Part shown: positions 28,109 through 36,703 of the stretch, one piece after another | How positions within the stretch are numbered: the first letter of the stretch is position 1 | Layout of the letters: every line of letters starts with the position of its first letter | DNA from: an uncultured Anaerolineae bacterium | GTDB taxonomy: Bacteria > Chloroflexota > Anaerolineae > VGOG01 | Reading direction: 5' to 3' | Assembly (NCBI GenBank): GCA_964461615.1 | Contig: CAYWWC010000001.1 | Location: 1-58,231 of the forward strand | Length of the DNA stretch: 58,231 bases | The notes under the pieces: model-generated | Databases searched by the model: none | Seen by the model: only the letters and a program-made list of their open reading frames with translations | What the model was told of the DNA's origin: nothing | Program-made: the position numbers and the translations under genes

Positions 28109-28333
28109 ATGGAGAGGATCACTGGCACGGTCAAGTGGTTCAGTCGCGTGAAAGGCTACGGTTTCCTCCAGCCCGATGGCGAGAACCAAGAGGACGTCTT
28201 CGTGCACTTCTCGGCGCTCGAGGGCGAGGGGTTCCGCAACCTGGACGAGGGCGAGAGAGTGGAATTCTCTGTTGAGGACGATCCCAAGGGCCCTCAGGCT
28301 GTCAATGTAGTCAAGCTTGGCGGTGGGTTCTGA
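28109..28333 (+). CDS. Cold-shock protein (CspA family, CSD)
   Basis: 74 aa with [26 protein letters not shown] and DVFVHFSAL are the RNP1/RNP2 motifs. Confidence 0.95.
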   Translation: MERITGTVKWFSRVKGYGFLQPDGENQEDVFVHFSALEGEGFRNLDEGERVEFSVEDDPKGPQAVNVVKLGGGF

Positions 28334-28395
28334 TACCGACAACGCCAACTTCAATGGCCGGGCCTTCAAGGCTTGGTTTGGCGCGATGACCAAGT

Positions 28396-28433
28396 CCCCG
28401 ACGCAGGTTGTGCCTCGTCGGGGTCTTTCTTTA
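28396..28433 (+). terminator. Intrinsic terminator after csp
   Basis: Stem CCCCGACGCAGG pairs with CCTCGTCGGGG and is followed by TCTTTCTTTA. Confidence 0.65.
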
Positions 28434-28531
28434 ATTCATCGTTAAATCTGGAGCGTGAAACCACTTTGCTCCGGCTGGATCGCCAGATTTGGCAGTCCGT
28501 CGCGAGCGTGGATAAATTTGGAGGATAAAAT

Positions 28532-30178
28532 ATGACAAACAAGTTACGGATCATTCCCCTGGGAGGACTGGGGGAAGTAGGCAAAAACATGATGGTTTTG
28601 GAGTATGGCAAAAACATCATCATCATTGACTCGGGGATCATGTTCCCAGAGAACGACATGCTGGGCGTTGATTTCATCATCCCTGACTTCAACTATCTCA
28701 TGGACAAGAAGGACATGGTGCGGGGCATCATCATCACCCACGGCCACGAGGACCACGTGGGGGGGCTTCCCTACTTGCTTCAAGAGATCAAGGCTCCCAT
28801 CTACGCCACCAAGCTGACCCGTGGTCTGGCGGAGGTGAAGCTGAAAGAGCGTCACCTGCTGGACGAGGTGGAGCTGAATACCATCCAGGCTGGCGATTGT
28901 GTAACCCTGGGGCCTTTTCGCATCGAGTTCTTCCACGTCTGTCACAGCATCCCCGATGGGGTGGGGTTGGCTATCGAAACGCCGGTGGGCCTGGTGGTCC
29001 ACTCCGGCGACTTCAAGTTTGACTATACCCCGGTGGACGGCAAGCCCCCCGATTTTGCCAAGCTGGCAGAATTGGGAGGGCGAGGGGTGCTGGTGCTGAT
29101 GTCCGACAGCACCAACGCCGAACAGCCGGGGGCTACCGCCTCGGAGAGGGCCATTGACGAGGCCTTCGACAAGGTTTTCCAGAGTGCGGAAGGTCGCGTC
29201 ATCGTAGCCACCTTTGCTTCCCTCATCTCCCGCGTCCAACAGGTGGTCAACGCCGCCGTCCGCCACGAGCGCAAGGTGGCCATCGCTGGCTACAGCATGG
29301 TCAAGAACGTGGGTATGGCCCAGGAGTTGGGATACCTGTCCATTCCGCCAGGTGTCCTGATTGAGCTGAATAATGTTGACAAGCTGCCCCACCACAAGGT
29401 GGTCATCATAGCCACGGGTACGCAGGGTGAGCCCTCTTCGGCCCTGGCCCGCATGTCCTTTGGGCGGCACCGTCAGATCAGGGTCGTTCGCGGCGACACG
29501 GTCGTCATCTCGGCCCACGCTATCCCAGGCAACGAGGAGATGATCGGTCGCATCATCAATCGCCTTCTCCAACAGGGGGCCAACGTGATGTACGAGCAGA
29601 TCGCTCCGGTGCACGTCTCAGGCCACGCCAGCCAGGATGAACAGAGACTGCTTGTCCACCTGATCAAACCCAGGTACTTTGTGCCCATTCACGGCGAGCT
29701 ACGCCACCTGATCATGCATGCTCGGATCGCCCAGGAAATGGCCGTCCCCGCTGCCAACACCATGGTCGTGGAGAACGGCTACGTCCTGGAGTTCGACGAG
29801 GAGGGCGGCCGAATCGGCGAGCGGATACCCGGCGGTTACGTCTTCGTTGACGGGTCGGGGGTGGGCGATATTGGCCCGGTGGTGATGCGCGATCGGGAGA
29901 CCCTGGCCAGTGCAGGCTTCGTGGTAGCGGTGATCAAGCTGGACAAAGAGACAGGTCAGCCTGCTGGGCGGCCGGAGATCATCTCGCGGGGCTTCGTCTA
30001 CGTGCGGGACTCGGAGGAGCTAATCGAGCGGGCTCAGGACAAGATCCTGAAGGTTTTAGAGAGGAGCGATGGGGGGCGAGCGGGCATTAGCGATAGGGTG
30101 CGAAGCGAGTTGAGAAAGTTGTTCTACGACGAGACCAAACGCCGCCCCATGATTATGCCAGTGATCATGGAGGTGTAA
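28532..30178 (+). CDS. rnj: Ribonuclease J (metallo-beta-lactamase / beta-CASP)
   Basis: 548 aa with SD GGAGGA. LRIIPLGGLGEVGKNMMV, HGHEDHVGG and the beta-CASP and C-terminal domain layout are typical of RNase J. Confidence 0.9.
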   Translation: MTNKLRIIPLGGLGEVGKNMMVLEYGKNIIIIDSGIMFPENDMLGVDFIIPDFNYLMDKKDMVRGIIITHGHEDHVGGLPYLLQEIKAPIYATKLTRGLAEVKLKERHLLDEVELNTIQAGDCVTLGPFRIEFFHVCHSIPDGVGLAIETPVGLVVHSGDFKFDYTPVDGKPPDFAKLAELGGRGVLVLMSDSTNAEQPGATASERAIDEAFDKVFQSAEGRVIVATFASLISRVQQVVNAAVRHERKVAIAGYSMVKNVGMAQELGYLSIPPGVLIELNNVDKLPHHKVVIIATGTQGEPSSALARMSFGRHRQIRVVRGDTVVISAHAIPGNEEMIGRIINRLLQQGANVMYEQIAPVHVSGHASQDEQRLLVHLIKPRYFVPIHGELRHLIMHARIAQEMAVPAANTMVVENGYVLEFDEEGGRIGERIPGGYVFVDGSGVGDIGPVVMRDRETLASAGFVVAVIKLDKETGQPAGRPEIISRGFVYVRDSEELIERAQDKILKVLERSDGGRAGISDRVRSELRKLFYDETKRRPMIMPVIMEV

Positions 30179-30212
30179 CGAACCCGAAAACGTGTTGGGT
30201 GGTTATTACTCA

Positions 30213-30330
30213 GGCTGGCGGTTGAAACCGCGCCTGGAGAGCTGAAGCTGACTGTCCACCTACGTGGACAGCGACGTCCACGCAGGTGGACGCCCGGCTG
30301 AAAGCCCTGGAGAGGCGATTTCAATCGCGG
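30213..30330. repeat. Cluster of short GC-rich REP-like hairpins
   Basis: TGTCCAC-ctac-GTGGACA (30253-30270) and CGTCCAC-gcag-GTGGACG (30275-30292) lie in tandem, with GCGGTT..AACCGC and GCGATT..AATCGC minihairpins alongside. Confidence 0.6.
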
Positions 30331-30367
30331 TAAAGGATAGCCTGAGCAGTTACGTTGGGTGTGACAG

Positions 30368-30399
30368 AAGCGCGCTAGACAGTAGCGCGCTTTTGTGTT
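30368..30399 (+). terminator. Intrinsic terminator, overlapped by an extended -10 (TGTTATAAT, 30396-30404) for the next gene
   Basis: AAGCGCGCTA-gacag-TAGCGCGCTT is followed by TTTGTGTT. Confidence 0.65.
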
Positions 30400-30458
30400 A
30401 TAATCGGGTTGTCGGCTCAAAGTGCCCGGTAGCAGAAGGCAAGAAAGGCAGGTGCATC

Positions 30459-32201
30459 ATGAAAAAGATGATTCGTTTCGGCCTCTTGTTTCTCGTCATC
30501 CTCGTTTTCATCTCCCCGGTGGTCGGGGCTGAGGGGCCGCCCACCGCTCAAGGGCCGCCCACCATTACCGAGGTGGAGTCCCAGGTGACCGTCCTGGAGG
30601 ACTCTAGCCTCGATGTCAAGTACCGCTTGACCTTCTGGGAGAACGAGACGCGGGACAAGATCACCACTATGGGCCCCTTCGACGCCGGCCATCGCATTCT
30701 GGACGCCCACATTGAGCACGACGGAACGCAGACGACCGTGAGCCTGAGCAGCAAGGGCGGCGGCTTCTACACCGTTCCCTTCGGTCTGACCACTAAGGCT
30801 GATCGGGAGTACACCGTCCAGGTGCACTGCCGGGTAGAGCGTGCCCTGGACATAACAGAGATTGACGGGGTGGAGCATCGGGTGCTGGCCTGGGCGCCCA
30901 TCCAGTGGAGTCTGTCCATTGGCGAGCAGATCGTGACCTTCATTCTGCCCATCGAGCTGCCGGCCGACGTCACCCAGCCGGAGCAGGTGACCGATGGGCT
31001 GGTGGACCGGGCGGCTATCGTGGTTGACGACGCCAACGTCTCCTCTTTCGACCGCTGGGTCTACTATCCCACCCCCGATGAGGCCACTGGCAAGAACTGG
31101 CTCTCCATCTACATCTCTAAGAAGAGCGTTCCCCCAAACTACCACTTCACCCCCAAAGTCTATATCCCCGGCCGCTACTTCGCCGAGCTGCCGGTCGAGA
31201 CCGTCGCTCCCGTCGAGGAGTTCGCTCCCACCGAGGAGCCTGAGCCTGCACCCAGCCTTTCCCTCCTGCCCTTTCTATGTATCTTCGGACTTCTGGGGCT
31301 GTTCGTAGCCGGGTTCATCATCTTCATCATCTTCCGCCGGGTTTCGCCCAAGGCTGCGCCGGAGGAGTACGAGGCCCCGGAGATCGAGATCGAGACCTTT
31401 GCACAGCCGGGCATGGTGCCAGACCTGGAAGCCATCGAGGCGGCTCTCTACATCGGCGACACGGCCAAGGTAATCACCCTGGTGATCATGGCCCTCTCCC
31501 AGCGGGACGTGCTGACGGTGCTCAACAAGCGGCCTCTGCAACTGGAGGTGACCAACCCCGACTTGGAGATGGCTGACTACGAGCGGGCACTGGTGACGGG
31601 CATCGCCGACGACGGCACTTTGCCCCAGTCAACCATCGAGCGGGTGATGGCCTTGCTCTTGGCCCAGTTGCAGACCAAGATGTGGAACGCCGACCCTGAG
31701 GCCACCCGCGATACCTATCGGCGGCGGGCCGAGGATGCCTGGGACGACTACCGCCGACAGGATCCCGCCCGCCGCTGGGGCTGGGGTCACCCGACGTTCC
31801 CCTGGATCATCCTCGCCCCCAGCTACCGGCCCTACCGCCCTGTGCCCGTCGCCGTCCGTCGCGGCCCCGCGGCTCTGGACACGCTGCGCGAATCCCCGTT
31901 GGTCGGCGCCGCCGATCAGATGGCTGGCGTATTAGAGGGCGTGGCCGACAACATCACTACCCGTGCCGAGGGGCTGGCCACATCCGCCACTCACTTCCTG
32001 GACCGCGTGGCCGGGCGGGAGGATGCCGGCTACGACGCCTGCCACTCCGCGTGCCACAGCGCCTGTCACTCCGCCTGCGTCCACGATGCTTGCCACAGCG
32101 CCTGCGTCCACGACGCCTGTCACAGCGCCTGCCACAGCGCCTGCGTCTGCCACAGTGCCTGTCACTCCGCCTGTCACAGCGCCTGTGTGAGCAGCTTTTA
32201 G
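30459..32201 (+). CDS. Single-pass membrane protein (DUF2207-like layout) with a C-terminal (CHSA)n Cys/His-repeat tail
   Basis: ATG at 30459 gives signal peptide MKKMIRFGLLFLVILVFISPVVGA. A TM helix LLPFLCIFGLLGLFVAGFIIFIIF is followed by RRVSPK, which by positive-inside places the C-terminus in the cytoplasm. The tail reads ACHSACHSACHSACVHDACHSACVHDACHSACHSACVCHSACHSACHSACVSSF. Confidence 0.75.
   Translation: MKKMIRFGLLFLVILVFISPVVGAEGPPTAQGPPTITEVESQVTVLEDSSLDVKYRLTFWENETRDKITTMGPFDAGHRILDAHIEHDGTQTTVSLSSKGGGFYTVPFGLTTKADREYTVQVHCRVERALDITEIDGVEHRVLAWAPIQWSLSIGEQIVTFILPIELPADVTQPEQVTDGLVDRAAIVVDDANVSSFDRWVYYPTPDEATGKNWLSIYISKKSVPPNYHFTPKVYIPGRYFAELPVETVAPVEEFAPTEEPEPAPSLSLLPFLCIFGLLGLFVAGFIIFIIFRRVSPKAAPEEYEAPEIEIETFAQPGMVPDLEAIEAALYIGDTAKVITLVIMALSQRDVLTVLNKRPLQLEVTNPDLEMADYERALVTGIADDGTLPQSTIERVMALLLAQLQTKMWNADPEATRDTYRRRAEDAWDDYRRQDPARRWGWGHPTFPWIILAPSYRPYRPVPVAVRRGPAALDTLRESPLVGAADQMAGVLEGVADNITTRAEGLATSATHFLDRVAGREDAGYDACHSACHSACHSACVHDACHSACVHDACHSACHSACVCHSACHSACHSACVSSF
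32040..32186 (+). repeat. 12-bp-period TGY-CAC-(TCC/AGY)-GCN coding repeat (CHSA units)
   Basis: There are 11 CHSA units interrupted by CVHDA and CV variants. Ser is encoded by both TCC and AGC/AGT. Confidence 0.9.
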
Positions 32202-32234
32202 GGCATTGATGCACTGGACGGAACGGCAGCACGT

Positions 32235-33326
32235 ATGTTGGGTGAAATAGAAATGCGAATAGCCACAGCCTACCAACAATCACTTTTCCCAGACCTGACT
32301 GCCGAGTTCCCTTCCACCCGCTATCAAGGCAGCAAAGCGAAGCTCGTTGATTGGATCTGGGAGCAAATCGCCGATTTAGATTTCACGACCTGCCTGGACG
32401 CCTTTGGCGGCACGGGTGCGGTGGCCTACCGCTTGAAGCAGGCGGGTAAGCGGGTTACGTATAACGACTTGCTCCGTTTCAACTATTACATTGGTCTGGC
32501 GCTGATTGAGAACAACCAGGTACGCCTCAGCCCTGAGGAAGTGGACTGGCTTCTCATGAGGCATCCAGAGATCGCGTATCCGCGTTTCGTCCAGGACAGT
32601 TTCCCTGACATCTATTTCACTGATGAGGAGAATGCCTGGATTGACCAGACGATCACCAACATTCGCCAACTCACCGATCCATACAAGTCTGCTTTGGCGT
32701 TCTTCGCCCTGTGTCAAGCCTGCATCATCAAGCGGCCCTATAATCTGTTTCATCGAAAAAACCTCTATATTCGCCTCGCAGAAGTGGAGCGCTCGTTTGG
32801 AAACAAGACCACCTGGGATAGGCCCTTCGAGGAGTGGTTTCACATTTTCGCCATAGAGGCCAATCGAGCCGTCTTTGACAATGGCCAGGTGAATCGTGCC
32901 CTTAATTGCGGGGCTGTTGATGTGCCGGGTGAGTATGATCTGGTTTATATAGACACACCTTACATCTCCAAAAAGGGCACGCCTGTTGACTACTTTGCGT
33001 TCTATCACTTCTTAGAGGGTTTGACAATGTACGATGAGTGGGGCAAACATATAGACCTCAAATCAAAGCATCGCCGTTTGAAGCTGCAACCAAGTGAGTG
33101 GACAGATAAGAGACGAATTCGCGCGGCTTTTGACCAGTTGTTTCGCAGATATCAGGAGAGTATTCTGGTCGTCTCTTATCGCAGCGATGGCATACCTTCT
33201 GAGTCAAAGCTGGTGTCTTTGCTCAAGCGATACAAGCGCCACGTGCGCGCTGAGCATTTTGGCCCATACAAATACGTCCTGTCCACCAACACCAAGTCTA
33301 AAGAAATTCTTCTGATCGGCACATAA
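32235..33326 (+). CDS. N6-adenine DNA methyltransferase (Dam/D12 class), partner of the adjacent EcoRV-family endonuclease
   Basis: STRYQGSKAKLVDWI, CLDAFGGTGAV (AdoMet motif) and LVYIDTPY (DPPY-type catalytic motif) are present. Confidence 0.85.
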   Translation: MLGEIEMRIATAYQQSLFPDLTAEFPSTRYQGSKAKLVDWIWEQIADLDFTTCLDAFGGTGAVAYRLKQAGKRVTYNDLLRFNYYIGLALIENNQVRLSPEEVDWLLMRHPEIAYPRFVQDSFPDIYFTDEENAWIDQTITNIRQLTDPYKSALAFFALCQACIIKRPYNLFHRKNLYIRLAEVERSFGNKTTWDRPFEEWFHIFAIEANRAVFDNGQVNRALNCGAVDVPGEYDLVYIDTPYISKKGTPVDYFAFYHFLEGLTMYDEWGKHIDLKSKHRRLKLQPSEWTDKRRIRAAFDQLFRRYQESILVVSYRSDGIPSESKLVSLLKRYKRHVRAEHFGPYKYVLSTNTKSKEILLIGT

Positions 33327-33349
33327 CTCTACCGAGGAGTTGAGCAGAG

Positions 33350-34138
33350 ATGATAGTAGATGATTTCAGAGAGAGCCTGTTGAGCCACCTGGACGAGTTC
33401 GGACGCACCCTTGCCACGGATGCCGGGGATTGGGTCGTCAAAGGGTTCATAGATGTCTACCGGAATATCTACACCATCTCGGTAGATACGAAGGTTGTAT
33501 CCAAGATCATCGAGTTGATGCTCTTTCCGGTCATCTCCCAGTTTGCAGCCGAACACGATTACAAAATGGTGCTCAGCGAATACCAGAATCACTATCCAGA
33601 CATCAGTTTCATGGCACCAGATGGGACGAAGATCGCCTTCGACCTCAAGAGTACATATCGCAGGAGTGCAAATACAGTGAGTGGTTTCACGCTTGGTGCA
33701 TTCACAGGCTATTTCCGCCGGCGGCAATCAACCAAGAATATCACCTTCCCGTACGAACAGTACGCCGCGCACTTTGTCCTGGGCATCATCTACAGCCGCA
33801 GCGACGAGGCTGTGGATGAGCGCCGGGTCTATACACTGGAGGACCTCCGGGACATTGTGTCGGTGGTCAAGGACTTCACTCTTCTGCTTCAGGAGAAGTG
33901 GCGAATTGCCAATGACCGGCCTGGGAGTGGAAACACGAAAAACATCGGTTCGGCGAGAAATATCGAGGCACTCGTTGAGGGTAAGGGGCCATTTGCCCGA
34001 TACGGAGAAGAAGTGTTCGACGACTACTGGATGAATTACTTGACAAATGATATGGCACTAGCCATTGATTCGGCTATCCCTTATCGAAACCTTGAGGATT
34101 ATTGGGAGTGGCGTGATCGTGTCGGGCGGCGAAGATAG
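33350..34138 (+). CDS. Type IIP restriction endonuclease, EcoRV family (probable GATATC specificity)
   Basis: 262 aa with SD GAGGAG. It aligns along its length with my recollection of R.EcoRV: VDTKVVSKIIELMLFPVISQFAAEHDY vs SDTKVLSTIFELFSRPIINKIAEKHGY; QNHYPDISF vs QNHYPDFTL; KIAFDLKSTY vs KIAIDIKTTY (PD..D-x-K catalytic site); GSGNTKNIGS vs GSGNTTNIGS. Confidence 0.85.
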   Translation: MIVDDFRESLLSHLDEFGRTLATDAGDWVVKGFIDVYRNIYTISVDTKVVSKIIELMLFPVISQFAAEHDYKMVLSEYQNHYPDISFMAPDGTKIAFDLKSTYRRSANTVSGFTLGAFTGYFRRRQSTKNITFPYEQYAAHFVLGIIYSRSDEAVDERRVYTLEDLRDIVSVVKDFTLLLQEKWRIANDRPGSGNTKNIGSARNIEALVEGKGPFARYGEEVFDDYWMNYLTNDMALAIDSAIPYRNLEDYWEWRDRVGRRR

Positions 34139-34164
34139 AATGCGCCGCGGTAAGGATCGCTTAA

Positions 34165-34404
34165 ATGGACTACAGTGGCAATGCCATCCACGCCAACGAC
34201 CGCAGCGGTGATCCAGCCTTCGCCCTCGATGACTACTACCTGACCTCCAGCTCGGCGGCCATTGACGCCGGAGTGGATGCTGGCGTCACGACGGACATTG
34301 ACGGCGACGCCCGTCCCTGGGGTGAAGGCTATGACATCGGCGCTGACGAGCTCAGGCAGCGGTACGTCTACCTTCCTCTCGTGATGAAGAACCTCGCTCA
34401 CTGA
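34165..34404 (+). pseudogene. 3' fragment of a beta-helix (pectate-lyase-fold) surface protein gene retaining the YLPLVMK C-terminal motif
   Basis: DPAFALDDYYLTSSSAAIDAGVDAGVTTDIDGDARPWGEGYDIGADE is the usual C-terminal cap of large beta-helix proteins. Only 79 aa remain, there is no SD, and an in-frame TAA lies directly before the ATG. Confidence 0.6.
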
Positions 34405-34461
34405 CACGCAATGGCACGCGTTCTATGGATGGTGGCAACTTCGATAATAAGGAGGCATTCG

Positions 34462-35994
34462 ATGAAGATCAGGTATCTTCTGTTTGCACTGGCTGTGGGT
34501 GTAGGGACAGCTCTTGCTTTGATGGGGATGCTGGCCGCTGCCGGCTGGCTCTATGATCTGGCGAGGGGCGAGCAGCACGTGAGCATCCGCGGTCAGAACG
34601 CCGCTGACTGGATGGGGGGCAGCCTCGCCAGCGCCGACATCAACGGCGACGGTTACGACGACCTGATCCTGGGCGCAACCGGTGTTGAAGCCGGCTCCAT
34701 CTCTAATGCGGGCGCTGCCTACGTCCTCTTTGGGCGTCCCGAAATTCCGGCCGGTATGGACATAGGCGACGCGGCGGACGTCACTTTCCTGGGAGCGGCG
34801 ACAAACGACTACACCGGGCAGATTGTCGCCAGCGGCAACTTCAACGGGGATGGATATGCCGATTTGCTCATCGCTTCTCGATGGGCCGACGTGGTCTCCG
34901 GAAGTGGCGTGATCACGGACGCTGGAAAGGTGTATCTGGTTTTGGGGCGTCCTGCCTTTTCTCCCACGGTACACCTCTCCACAGTCGCCGATGTGATTTT
35001 CAATGGAGCTGAGGTGAACGATTTCACCGGCCAGGGGTTGGGCACCGGCGACATCAACAACGATGGTTACGATGACTTCATCATCGGGGCATATCACTGG
35101 CACGACTCGAGAGGGATAATCTACGTCCTCTTGGGCCCTCCGCCCCTCACCGCGACTGTTGACATCAGCGGCATCGCCGATGCGACTTTCCAGGGTATAT
35201 CAGAGAATGACAGCCTGGGCTATTCCCCAGCCAGCGGCGACTTCAACGGCGATGGCTGTGATGACCTGTTCCTGGGCGCAATGAACGCCAGCTCGGCGGG
35301 GCGGCAACGGGCCGGAATCGTCTATGTGGTGTTAGGTTGCGAAATACCTTACGGCGCCCACACTATCAGCGACGCAGCTGACCTGACCCTCCAGGGGGGT
35401 GAGGAAGACCGGACTGGCTGGAGCCTGGCCAGCGGGGACGTCAACAACGACGGCTACGACGATCTCCTCGTTGCGGCTCCCTTTGCCGACCTGGGCGGAG
35501 ACGATTCAGGGGCTGTTTACGTGGTCTTGGGCGGACAGGACCTGGCCGGGACTTTGGGTATCAGGACTGCTGCCAGTATCACCATCACAGGTGAGGCGGC
35601 CGGGGATAACCTGGGACGTTGGGGGTTGAGTAGTGGGGATGTCAATGGCGACGGCTACGACGACGTGATCATTGGTGCTCTCTACGCTGACCCTTCTCCT
35701 TCACGCCCTGATGCTGGCAAAGCCTACGTGGTATTGGGAAGGCCAGACTTTCCTCAGACGATCCCGTTGAGCACCGCTGCCGATGTGACTATCCTTGGGG
35801 CAGCGGCCGGCGACAGACTTGGGGATGGCGTGGGCAGCGGTGATCTCAACCACGATGGCCGCAAAGAAATCATTGTCGCGGCGCCTGCTGCCGACCCTGT
35901 CAGCGGTCGGGAGGATGCCGGCCAGGCTTATGTTTTCTACTACGGACTTTCGAAGACATATCTATACCTTCCGCTGGTGCTGAAGGGCCAGTGA
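34462..35994 (+). CDS. FG-GAP/VCBS (integrin-alpha-like) repeat protein with a C-terminal YLPLVLK motif
   Basis: ATG at 34462 lies 6 nt after AAGGAGG and is followed by an N-terminal TM/signal segment. Eight or more repeats follow the pattern G.AGD..G.S.ASGD.NGDGYDDL.IGA. Confidence 0.9.
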   Translation: MKIRYLLFALAVGVGTALALMGMLAAAGWLYDLARGEQHVSIRGQNAADWMGGSLASADINGDGYDDLILGATGVEAGSISNAGAAYVLFGRPEIPAGMDIGDAADVTFLGAATNDYTGQIVASGNFNGDGYADLLIASRWADVVSGSGVITDAGKVYLVLGRPAFSPTVHLSTVADVIFNGAEVNDFTGQGLGTGDINNDGYDDFIIGAYHWHDSRGIIYVLLGPPPLTATVDISGIADATFQGISENDSLGYSPASGDFNGDGCDDLFLGAMNASSAGRQRAGIVYVVLGCEIPYGAHTISDAADLTLQGGEEDRTGWSLASGDVNNDGYDDLLVAAPFADLGGDDSGAVYVVLGGQDLAGTLGIRTAASITITGEAAGDNLGRWGLSSGDVNGDGYDDVIIGALYADPSPSRPDAGKAYVVLGRPDFPQTIPLSTAADVTILGAAAGDRLGDGVGSGDLNHDGRKEIIVAAPAADPVSGREDAGQAYVFYYGLSKTYLYLPLVLKGQ

Positions 35995-36077
35995 GATAGG
36001 CGCGGTAGTAAAATATCAGTCAGACGCCACTTGCCACAAGCTGGCGGGATGATAGACAGGGGGTAAAGATCCTGAAA

Positions 36078-36698
36078 TTGCAACGTTCAACCATAAAACA
36101 CTTGATATCTATTGCTCTTGTTCTCTGCCTGAGCGCACTGCTGGCAAGTGTCGTCTATGCAGGTATTACCAGCAACGAGCACATGAGCGACACCCACCAC
36201 GGGCCGTCAGTGACCCAATTCCCCTCGGGGATATCTGCCGTCTACGTGGTCTTCGATTACAGCGATATGCATAACGAGGAGATCACTATAAAGGTTTGGA
36301 GCCCGATCGGGGAGCTTCTCTTCGAGCATATTCAGGTTTACTCAGACTCGGGCACGAAGTCCATCGAGGCCCCAGGGCCGGAAGGCGGAGCTTTCCCCGA
36401 TGGCCTGTATGCCACCAACTTTTACAGAGGCATGCTTTCCTACAAAACTCTCATCTGGGCCGTGGGCGAAGTGACACTCCCTACCCCCACGGCGACGGGT
36501 ACAGCTACGCCCACCGCGACTCCGACAACTACGCCGACTAGCACACCCACACCCACGCCCACACCAACTGCCACCGCTACTCCGACCGACACACCCATTC
36601 CGACACCAACTGCCACCGCCACAACAACTCCAACCGATACAATAACTCCAATTCCCAGTTACGAAGTTTGCCTGCCGATCATCGTGAAGAACTATTGA
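36078..36698 (+). CDS. Secreted small beta-domain protein with a ~60-aa Thr/Pro stalk and a C-terminal CLPIIVKNY motif
   Basis: TTG start gives signal peptide IKHLISIALVLCLSALLASVVYAG. The stop lies 5 nt before the radical SAM start codon. Confidence 0.7.
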   Translation: MQRSTIKHLISIALVLCLSALLASVVYAGITSNEHMSDTHHGPSVTQFPSGISAVYVVFDYSDMHNEEITIKVWSPIGELLFEHIQVYSDSGTKSIEAPGPEGGAFPDGLYATNFYRGMLSYKTLIWAVGEVTLPTPTATGTATPTATPTTTPTSTPTPTPTPTATATPTDTPIPTPTATATTTPTDTITPIPSYEVCLPIIVKNY

Positions 36699-36703
36699 GA
36701 ATC

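Noticed and set aside
31957-32283. Alternate-frame ORFs over the CHSA repeat: 31963-32190 (+, Thr/Pro/Ala-rich) and 31932-32283 (-, Arg/Gly/Cys-rich).
   Set aside because: Only the CHSA frame keeps exact periodicity despite TCC/AGC Ser codon switches. It is also contiguous with a well-supported upstream membrane protein frame.
32235-34138. Looked for GATATC avoidance in the window as evidence of long-term residence of the EcoRV-like system.
   Set aside because: At least nine GATATC sites were seen by eye, including one inside the methylase gene. That is roughly what base composition predicts for 58 kb, so no avoidance signal can be claimed.
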